Assembly: GCA_000435755.1 (NCBI GenBank)
Contig: FR889109.1
Span: forward strand, 88,731 to 152,730
DNA: 64,000 bases
Direction: 5' to 3'
Source: Clostridium sp. CAG:508
GTDB lineage: Bacteria; Bacillota; Clostridia; TANB77; CAG-508
Part shown: positions 9,810-16,986 of the stretch, piece by piece
Position numbering within the stretch: the first letter of the stretch is position 1
Layout: every line of letters begins with the position of its first letter
Position numbers and translations under genes: made by a program
Notes under the pieces: model-generated
Database searches by the model: none
What the model saw: the letters and a program-made list of their open reading frames with translations, nothing else
What the model was told of the DNA's origin: nothing

Positions 9810-11018
9810 ATGGAAAATAGAAATACACAGAGAATTTATAAAATGATTATGTTAGTATTGATAGTAATAATTGTTACATCTCTAGTAACAGCATTTACTA
9901 CATATCAATATCTAAGCAATAATGGTATATCATATAGTAAAGTGAATACTACTTCATTAGAAGGATTGGAATATACCTTATCACAATTTAGAAGTGAGTT
10001 AGAAAAAAAGTATATTGGAGAAATAAATGACGAAGAATTAATTGAAGGAGCTGTAAAAGGCTATGTAGATGCTTTAGGAGATCCATATACAACATATTAT
10101 ACTAAAAAAGAAATGAAAACAATAATGGAAGAAACAAATGGAAACTTTGTTGGTATTGGCGTATACATGACTAAAGACTTAGAAAAAAATGCAATTTTAA
10201 TAATTAAACCAATAGAAAATTCACCAGCAGAAAAAGCAGGAATATTACCGGGTGACCTTATTACTAAAGTGGATGATGTAGAATATACAGGAGATAAGCT
10301 AGAAGAGGCTTCTAATAAAATTAGAGGAGAAGAAGGAACGAAAGTAAAATTAGAAATATATAGAAATGGAGAAACTAAAACATTCGAACTTACCAGAACA
10401 AAAGTTGTAGTAAGCCATGTAACAACAAAAGTATTAAACAATGATATAGGATATATTGCAATATCAGATTTTGAAGGAGAATGTGCAAGTGAATTTGAAA
10501 CAAAATACAAACAACTTGAGAAACAAGGAATAAAGAAATTAATAATAGACATCAGAAATAATGGTGGTGGAATTGTAGACGAAGCACTTAAAATAGCAAA
10601 TATGCTAGTTGATAAAGATTCTACATTACTAATAACAAAAGACAAAAGCGATAAAGAAGAGGTTACAAAAGCTACTGAAAAACCAATAATAAATATACCG
10701 ACAGTAGTGCTTGTAAATGAATACTCAGCAAGTGCTTCAGAGATTTTAGCAGGAGCATTAAAAGATAATGGAAAGGCTACATTAGTAGGAACTAAAACAT
10801 ATGGAAAAGGAATAATTCAAGAATTGCACCAATTGTCAGATGGAAGTGGATTAAAAATAACAGTAAGTGAATACTATACACCAAATCACAATGCAATTCA
10901 CAAAATAGGAATAACACCAGATGTGGAAGTTGACTTATCAGAAGACGTAAAACAGCAAACAACAATACAAGAAAAAGATGACAACCAACTACAAAAAGCA
11001 ATAGAAATACTAAAATAA
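9810..11018 (+). CDS. S41 carboxy-terminal processing protease (Ctp family) with PDZ domain
   Basis: N-terminal TM segment, PDZ domain (SPAEKAGILPGD), and S41 motifs (NNGGG, SASASEILAGALKD, TYGKG). Confidence 0.9.
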   Translation: MENRNTQRIYKMIMLVLIVIIVTSLVTAFTTYQYLSNNGISYSKVNTTSLEGLEYTLSQFRSELEKKYIGEINDEELIEGAVKGYVDALGDPYTTYYTKKEMKTIMEETNGNFVGIGVYMTKDLEKNAILIIKPIENSPAEKAGILPGDLITKVDDVEYTGDKLEEASNKIRGEEGTKVKLEIYRNGETKTFELTRTKVVVSHVTTKVLNNDIGYIAISDFEGECASEFETKYKQLEKQGIKKLIIDIRNNGGGIVDEALKIANMLVDKDSTLLITKDKSDKEEVTKATEKPIINIPTVVLVNEYSASASEILAGALKDNGKATLVGTKTYGKGIIQELHQLSDGSGLKITVSEYYTPNHNAIHKIGITPDVEVDLSEDVKQQTTIQEKDDNQLQKAIEILK

Positions 11019-11043
11019 AGGCAGATTTGTGAACTGGGCGAAA

Positions 11044-11080
11044 AATCACTATTTATGATTTTTCACCTAGTTCAAGGATC
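11044..11080 (+). terminator. hairpin after the ctp gene
   Basis: 15-nt arms: CTGGGCGAAAAATCA (11044-11058) and TGATTTTTCACCTAG (11066-11080), with two imperfect positions. The downstream T-run is weak. Confidence 0.45.
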
Positions 11081-11136
11081 TTTCTCAAAATTTTTAAAAA
11101 ATTACAAAAAATATTAAAAAAATTTTAAAATATGTA

Positions 11137-11165
11137 TTGACAATTATAATTAAATTTAGTATACT
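11137..11165 (+). promoter_or_regulatory. sigma-A type promoter of the tRNA operon
   Basis: TTGACA (11137-11142), 17 nt, TATACT (11160-11165). Confidence 0.65.
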
Positions 11166-11183
11166 AAACAAGTCAGCAGAAAT

Positions 11184-11259
11184 GGGCGCATAGCTCAGCT
11201 GGGAGAGCATCTGCCTTACAAGCAGGAGGTCATAGGTTCGATCCCTATTGCGCCCACCA
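11184..11259 (+). tRNA. tRNA-Val (anticodon TAC)
   Basis: Cloverleaf readable by eye: acceptor GGGCGCA/TGCGCCC, anticodon loop CTTACAA, T-loop GGTTCGATCC, encoded CCA. Confidence 0.93.
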
Positions 11260-11299
11260 TTTCTTAATTTAATATTAAGTAAATTTGAAAATAATTTAC

Positions 11300-11376
11300 G
11301 GCCTGGTAGTTCAGTTGGTTAGAACGCTAGCCTGTCACGCTAGAGGTCGACGGTTCGAGCCCGTTCCAGGTCGCCA
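11300..11376 (+). tRNA. tRNA-Asp (anticodon GTC)
   Basis: Acceptor GGCCTGG/CCAGGTC (one G-U pair), anticodon stem CTAGC/GCTAG, loop CTGTCAC, T-loop GGTTCGAGCC, encoded CCA. Confidence 0.92.
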
Positions 11377-11391
11377 TTTTTTTATCTATAT

Positions 11392-11467
11392 GCCTCGATA
11401 GCTCAGTTGGTAGAGCAAGGGACTGAAAATCCCTGTGTCACTGGTTCGATTCCAGTTCGAGGCACCA
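11392..11467 (+). tRNA. tRNA-Phe (anticodon GAA)
   Basis: Acceptor GCCTCGA/TCGAGGC, anticodon stem AGGGA/TCCCT, loop CTGAAAA, T-loop GGTTCGATTCC, encoded CCA. Confidence 0.93.
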
Positions 11468-11474
11468 ATTCTCA

Positions 11475-11511
11475 CAGTAGTAAAGTTTGTCAACTTTACT
11501 ACTGTTTTTTA
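11475..11511 (+). terminator. intrinsic terminator of the tRNA operon
   Basis: CAGTAGTAAAGTT pairs with AACTTTACTACTG around a 4-nt loop, followed by TTTTTT. Confidence 0.8.
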
Positions 11512-11569
11512 TTGACTTATACTCTAAATTAGTATATCCTATAATCATAAAATATAAAGGAGGGCACGT

Positions 11570-13594
11570 ATGAAAAGAGGAGTAAAAGCACTTATTGTAA
11601 TATTAATTATTGCAATAATAATTGCCGTAATAACTATTGTATGTAACAAAGATGATACAGAGTTGAAAACAGTAAAATCAAAACAAGAATTGTTAAAAAT
11701 ATATGAAGGAGATAATTCAGATTTACAAGAACTGTTGGCTCGAATTTTCTGTATGCCATTTTCAATGTTTTATCATAATTATGATGTTATTGAAAAAGTA
11801 GATAATACTTGGAGTATAGGAATAGATTCGGTAGGAAGTACAGAAAGCTCAAGTTCTAGTTCAAATACTAAAGATTATTCTACAACAAATATTCAAGTTG
11901 AAAATGTAGACGAAGCTGATATTGTAAAAACTGATGGAGACTATATTTATTCAATATCTGAGGATAATGTAATAATAACAGATGCAAAAGATCCAAAACA
12001 GCCTAAAGTAGTAGCAACTATACAATCGGAAGATGATGATATACCAGAAGATATAATTCTATATAAAGATAAATTGGTTGTAATATCAACTAAGGGCAAT
12101 CAAACACAAAGATATTATTATAACAATAGAATGAATACGGTTGTGAAAATATATAACATTACATCAAGAGAAAAGCCAATGTTAACTAAAAGTTACGAAA
12201 TGTATGAACCATATTACACATCAAGATGTATAGACAATGTTTTATATGTAATTTCATCTGGCAATTTAAGAAAAGAAGATGACAAAATTGTTGTAGGATA
12301 CAATGAAGACAATATGGAAAAAGAGATGTCTATTGATAAAATTAAATACTTAAAAGATGTGAAAACTACAAAACAAACTCTAATATCAACAGTTGACTTA
12401 AACAATGAAACAGCAGATATAAAGCTAGATTCATATTTAATGAATATATCAAATGCCTACGTATCTGAAAATGCAATATATTTATTAAATCAAAAATATA
12501 ATAATGACTCAAAAATACCTATAAAATTATTATTTGGATTTAAAGGTGTATTTGGCTTAGAAGACTATTATGAAATGGACTCAGAAAGCGGATACTACAC
12601 AGAAATATATAAATTTGATATAAAGGAAAATGTAGAATATAAAGCAAAAACAAAAGTAAAAGGAAAAACAATAAATCAATATTCTTTAGACGAAAAAGAT
12701 AATCACTTAAGAATAGCTTTATATGACAATGATGGCTCAAGAGTAGCAATATTTGACGAAGATCTAAAACAAATAGGAATATCAGACAATGTCGCAAAAG
12801 GCGAAAAAATGTATTCTTCAAGATTTATAGGAGATAAAGTTTATTTCGTAACATATAAAACTATGGACCCACTATTTGTAATGGATTTAAGTAATGAAAC
12901 AAAACCAAAGGTATTAGGAAAACTAAAAATACCAGGTTATAGTACATATTTACATCCTTATGATGAGAACCATATAATTGGAATTGGAATGGAAACAAAA
13001 GAAATTATAAATAGAAATTCAAATGGAAAAGTAATTTCTACAACAGCTAAAGTAGTTGGAATGAAAATGGCCCTATTTGATGTTTCAAATGTAAATTCAC
13101 CAGTTCAAATTTCAAGTGTAGTAATAGGAGACAGCAGAACAACATCAGCAATATTAACAAATCCAAAAGCGTTATTGTTTTCAAAAGAAAAATCTCTAAT
13201 TGCAATACCTGTAAATAACTATAGTCAAGATTTCGAAGTAACTTCATCAAATAATTATGAAACTATGATAAACAATTATACAAAATACAGTAAGCCATAT
13301 AATGCGGAAGGATACTTTGTATATAACATAAATGTACAAGATGGCTTTAAATTAAAAGGTGTTATAACACATGAAAAAACAAATGCTACTTATTATTACA
13401 GCAACAGTAAATTACTAAGAGGACTATATATAGACAATAATCTATATACAGTGTCAGAAACAATGATAAAAGTAAATGAACTAGATAGCTTAAAAGCAGT
13501 AGGTGAATTAAAACTTAAAAACATAGAAAATGTAGATAGTTCAGTAAGAGAACAAAGCAATAATGTAATTAATGCTATTGAAGGAGGAATGTAA
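11570..13594 (+). CDS. secreted/membrane-anchored beta-propeller domain protein (Beta_propel, PF09826-like)
   Basis: 674 aa with an N-terminal TM anchor. It has the characteristic NIQVENVDEADIVKTDGDYIY entry motif and repeated blade-like segments. The family call is by recognition only. Confidence 0.7.
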   Translation: MKRGVKALIVILIIAIIIAVITIVCNKDDTELKTVKSKQELLKIYEGDNSDLQELLARIFCMPFSMFYHNYDVIEKVDNTWSIGIDSVGSTESSSSSSNTKDYSTTNIQVENVDEADIVKTDGDYIYSISEDNVIITDAKDPKQPKVVATIQSEDDDIPEDIILYKDKLVVISTKGNQTQRYYYNNRMNTVVKIYNITSREKPMLTKSYEMYEPYYTSRCIDNVLYVISSGNLRKEDDKIVVGYNEDNMEKEMSIDKIKYLKDVKTTKQTLISTVDLNNETADIKLDSYLMNISNAYVSENAIYLLNQKYNNDSKIPIKLLFGFKGVFGLEDYYEMDSESGYYTEIYKFDIKENVEYKAKTKVKGKTINQYSLDEKDNHLRIALYDNDGSRVAIFDEDLKQIGISDNVAKGEKMYSSRFIGDKVYFVTYKTMDPLFVMDLSNETKPKVLGKLKIPGYSTYLHPYDENHIIGIGMETKEIINRNSNGKVISTTAKVVGMKMALFDVSNVNSPVQISSVVIGDSRTTSAILTNPKALLFSKEKSLIAIPVNNYSQDFEVTSSNNYETMINNYTKYSKPYNAEGYFVYNINVQDGFKLKGVITHEKTNATYYYSNSKLLRGLYIDNNLYTVSETMIKVNELDSLKAVGELKLKNIENVDSSVREQSNNVINAIEGGM

Positions 13595-13596
13595 AT

Positions 13597-13854
13597 ATGG
13601 AAGAAAATAATAAAAATAAATCTGCAATGGGAATAGCGGGATTTGTACTAGGAATAATCTCAACACTTTCAACACTATTTTGGTATATAACATTACCAAC
13701 AGGAGTATTAGCAATTATATTTGGTGCTAAATCATCAAAGAAAACAGGAAGTAAATTAGGAAAAGCGGGAATGATATTAGGAATCGTAGGACTATCAATA
13801 TTTGCATTCATATATATAAGCTTAGTAATGCTTATTACTCTTAGCAACTTATAA
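13597..13854 (+). CDS. DUF4190-like small membrane protein
   Basis: 85 aa with two glycine-rich TM hairpins (GIAGFVLGII, AGMILGIVGL). The start is 2 nt after the upstream stop. Confidence 0.6.
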   Translation: MEENNKNKSAMGIAGFVLGIISTLSTLFWYITLPTGVLAIIFGAKSSKKTGSKLGKAGMILGIVGLSIFAFIYISLVMLITLSNL

Positions 13855-13904
13855 TCATAACAAAAATTAAACATCATAAAATGTAATGGGAGGATTTACA
13901 TTTT

Positions 13905-14750
13905 ATGATGTTTTTTAAAATGCAAGGATTAGGAAATGACTATGTGTATATAGACTGCATAAATGGAAAAGAACCAATAGATATAAAGAATTTGACAAAC
14001 AGATTGAGTAATAGACATTTTGGAGTTGGCTCTGATGGATTAATATTATTATGCAAAAGTAAAGTTGCAGACTTAAAAATGAGAATGTTTAATAGTGACG
14101 GAAGTGAAGCACAAATGTGTGGAAATGGTATAAGGTGTGTGGCTAAACTTGCATATGAATTAGGATTAATATGTGAAGAAATAACTACAATAGAAACATT
14201 ATCAGGAATAAAAACTTTAAAACTAAATATAGTAAATGGAAAAGTAAAAACAGTGGAAGTCGATATGGGAGCACCAATTTTAGAAGCTACCAAAATTCCA
14301 GTTTCCTCAAGTGCTAAAATAGAAGATAAAAAAGTAAAAGCGGAGGTTAAAGTAAAAAATAAAAAAATTGAACTGACATGTGTATCAATGGGAAATCCAC
14401 ATGCTGTTACATTTGTAAATGATATAAAAAATTTCAAAGTAGCAGAATATGGACCTATTTTAGAAAATGCTGATATATTTCCTGAGAAAGCCAATATTGA
14501 ATTTGTAGAGGTAGTAGATAAAAATAATATAAAAATGAGAGTATGGGAAAGAGGTTCAGGAGAAACTTTGGCATGTGGAACAGGAGCTTGTAGTTCAGTG
14601 GTTGCTAGTAGCCTAAATGGATACACAGACAGAAAAGTTAATGTTCAATTATTAGGTGGAAACTTAGAAATTGAATGGAAGCCAAATAATCATGTGCATA
14701 TGACAGGACCAGCTGTAACTGTATTTAAAGGAGAGTGGATCGATGAATAG
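13905..14750 (+). CDS. dapF: diaminopimelate epimerase
   Basis: GLGNDY N-terminus and both catalytic Cys motifs (MCGNGIRC, ACGTGACS). Confidence 0.93.
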   Translation: MMFFKMQGLGNDYVYIDCINGKEPIDIKNLTNRLSNRHFGVGSDGLILLCKSKVADLKMRMFNSDGSEAQMCGNGIRCVAKLAYELGLICEEITTIETLSGIKTLKLNIVNGKVKTVEVDMGAPILEATKIPVSSSAKIEDKKVKAEVKVKNKKIELTCVSMGNPHAVTFVNDIKNFKVAEYGPILENADIFPEKANIEFVEVVDKNNIKMRVWERGSGETLACGTGACSSVVASSLNGYTDRKVNVQLLGGNLEIEWKPNNHVHMTGPAVTVFKGEWIDE

Positions 14751-15973
14751 AGTAAATGAAAACTTTTTGAAACTTCAAAATAATTATTTGTTTTCTACAG
14801 TTGCAGAAAAGGTAGAAAAATATAAACAGGAAAATCCAGAGAAAAAGGTTATAAATTTAGGAGTTGGAGATGTGACTTTACCTTTGCCAAAAGCTGTTGT
14901 AGAAGCTATGAAAAAGGCTTGCGATGAAATGCAGAACAAGGAAACATTTAGAGGATATGGGCCAGAACTTGGATATGATTTTTTGAAAAAGAAAATTCTA
15001 GAAGAAGATTATCTATCTAAAGGCATTGAGTTTGAACTAGATGAAATATTTATATCAGATGGTATAAATAGTGATATAGGGAATATCAACGACATATTTG
15101 ATATAAATAATAAAGTAGCTATTCAAGATCCGGTATACCCAGCATATTTAGATGCTAATGTTATTGCAGGGAGAAGCGGAGAATTACATATAACTAACTA
15201 TGAAAATATAATATATTTGGTAACAAATAGTACAAATGATTTTGTACCAGAGATTCCTAAAACTAAAGTAGATTTAATATATTTGTGCTATCCTAATAAC
15301 CCTACTGGTATGGCGCTTACAAAAGAACAATTACAAGAATGGGTACAATATGCAAAACAAAATAAATCAGTTATATTATTTGATGCAGCTTATGAAGCAT
15401 ATATAACAGAAGAAAAAATTCCACATTCGATTTATGAAATTGAAGGAGCAAAAGAGGTAGCTATTGAATTTAAAAGTTTCTCAAAAACAGCGGGATTTGC
15501 AGGAGTTCGTTGCAGTTATACAATAGTGCCAAAAGTTTTAAAGGGATATACAAGCAATAATCTAGAGGTTTCAATAAATAATTTATGGACTAGAAGACAA
15601 TATACTAAGTTTAATGGAGAATCATATATCACACAAAGAGGTGCAGAAGCAACATATTTACCAGAAGCTAAAAGAGATATAGAATCCAACATACAATATT
15701 ATTTAAAAAATGCAAAGACAATTAAACAAGGATTAGAAGATGCTGGATTTGAGGCGTATGGTGGAGTAAACTCACCATATGTGTGGCTAAAGGTTCCAAA
15801 TGCAAAAACATCATGGCAATTTTTTGATGAATTACTAGAAAATATTGGAATAGTTGGAATACCACGGAAGTGGATTTGGACCAAGTGGAGAAGGATATTT
15901 TAGATTAACTGGCTTTGGAGATTATCAAGAAAGCCTAGAAGCAATAGAAAGACTGAAAGAGTATAAAACTTGA
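14743..15973 (+). pseudogene. dapL: LL-diaminopimelate aminotransferase (DapL) with a +1 frameshift near the 3' end
   Basis: Frame 1 (14743-15903) reads a typical DapL, including the PLP-lysine motif SFSKTAGFAGVR, up to ...GIVGIP. From 15866 the next frame reads [35 protein letters not shown] to the TGA at 15971-15973. An extra C at about 15865 separates the two frames. Confidence 0.85.
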
Positions 15974-16043
15974 AACATTAAGTATTGGGTGGTATAATAT
16001 ATAACATAAGGAGAAATCCTAAAAATAAAAAGGAGTCAAGAAT

Positions 16044-16313
16044 ATGTGCACAATATCACACGGCAGGAATTTGAACAAGATGTATGGAGAGGGTGCAAAA
16101 CAAAAAGACCAAGAGAAACCTTTAAGATTAGATGGAAAATTGGACAATATCTACGAAATTGAAGGATATCGGATTCGGAGATATGTGGACAATGAAGGCC
16201 AGGTAGCTATTATCCTTGTTAAAAGAATTGGGACTAAAAGAGTATATAATCCCGAAAGAAAAGTGACACTTGATGTAGAATACCCCTCTATGTATGTTCC
16301 TAAATTACGATAA
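16044..16313 (+). CDS. hypothetical small basic protein
   Basis: 89-aa ORF with an AAGGAG SD 8 nt upstream. It is visibly more GC-rich than its surroundings and is followed by a terminator. I do not recognise a family. Confidence 0.5.
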   Translation: MCTISHGRNLNKMYGEGAKQKDQEKPLRLDGKLDNIYEIEGYRIRRYVDNEGQVAIILVKRIGTKRVYNPERKVTLDVEYPSMYVPKLR

Positions 16314-16319
16314 CTCCTT

Positions 16320-16352
16320 ACAGGTGTGGATTATATTTCTGCACCTGTTTTA
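16320..16352 (+). terminator. intrinsic terminator
   Basis: ACAGGTG pairs with CACCTGT, followed by TTTT. Confidence 0.55.
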
Positions 16353-16378
16353 AAATTTAATAAAATAACACTAAACTC

Positions 16379-16407
16379 TTGATTTTGTTGGAAAAATATG
16401 CTATTAT
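16379..16407 (+). promoter_or_regulatory. sigma-A type promoter of rpsO
   Basis: TTGATT (16379-16384), 17 nt, TATTAT (16402-16407), preceded by TGC. Confidence 0.5.
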
Positions 16408-16516
16408 ATATAAGGTACCGTTTAAAGGTATCGATATACCTTTTACTTAGTTTTAGGGGATAACACTCCAAACTAAAACTCAGCTTAAGGCAAATAAAAT
16501 ATAGGAGGAAAATAAA
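16408..16516 (+). promoter_or_regulatory. structured rpsO 5' leader (candidate S15 autoregulatory element)
   Basis: Two hairpins: AAAGGTAT-CGAT-ATACCTTT, and AGTTTTAG...CTAAAACT enclosing GGGGATAACACTCC. They lie just upstream of the SD. Confidence 0.3.
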
Positions 16517-16780
16517 ATGACAAAGGAAAGAAAACAAGAAATCATTGAAACTTATAAAAGAGATGAAAAAGATACTGGTTCTCCAGAAGTTCAAATAGCT
16601 CTTTTAACAGAAAGAATCAATGAATTAACAGCTCATTTAAAAGTTCATATGAAAGATAATCATTCAAGAAGAGGACTTTTAAAAATGGTAGGTGCAAGAA
16701 GAAACTTACTTAACTATTTAGCTAAAAAAGATGTTCAAAGATATAGAGACATCGTTGAAAAATTAGGATTAAGAAAATAA
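16517..16780 (+). CDS. rpsO: 30S ribosomal protein S15
   Basis: 87 aa with [30 protein letters not shown] and the C-terminal RYR motif. Confidence 0.97.
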   Translation: MTKERKQEIIETYKRDEKDTGSPEVQIALLTERINELTAHLKVHMKDNHSRRGLLKMVGARRNLLNYLAKKDVQRYRDIVEKLGLRK

Positions 16781-16787
16781 TTTACAA

Positions 16788-16824
16788 TTTGGACGTTTTG
16801 CTTTCATGCCAAACGTCCAAATTT
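16788..16824 (+). terminator. hairpin after rpsO
   Basis: TTTGGACGTTT pairs with AAACGTCCAAA, followed by a weak T-run. Confidence 0.5.
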
Positions 16825-16986
16825 GCGAATATTATCTTATTTAAAAAGGAAAAATATTAAGGTATTAAAAGCAATAAAAATTAGAAAGTAGCTTGTATCA
16901 TGTGCTACTAAATATAGCATATAATAGAGGTTACGCTAATTTTCATATTGCTTATAATATAAATAAAATAAAAAGGAGAAAAATTT

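Noticed and set aside
16331-16594. 87-aa minus-strand ORF spanning the rpsO leader and start.
   Set aside because: It overlaps the rpsO promoter, leader and 5' coding region on the opposite strand. It has no SD and its translation is low-complexity.
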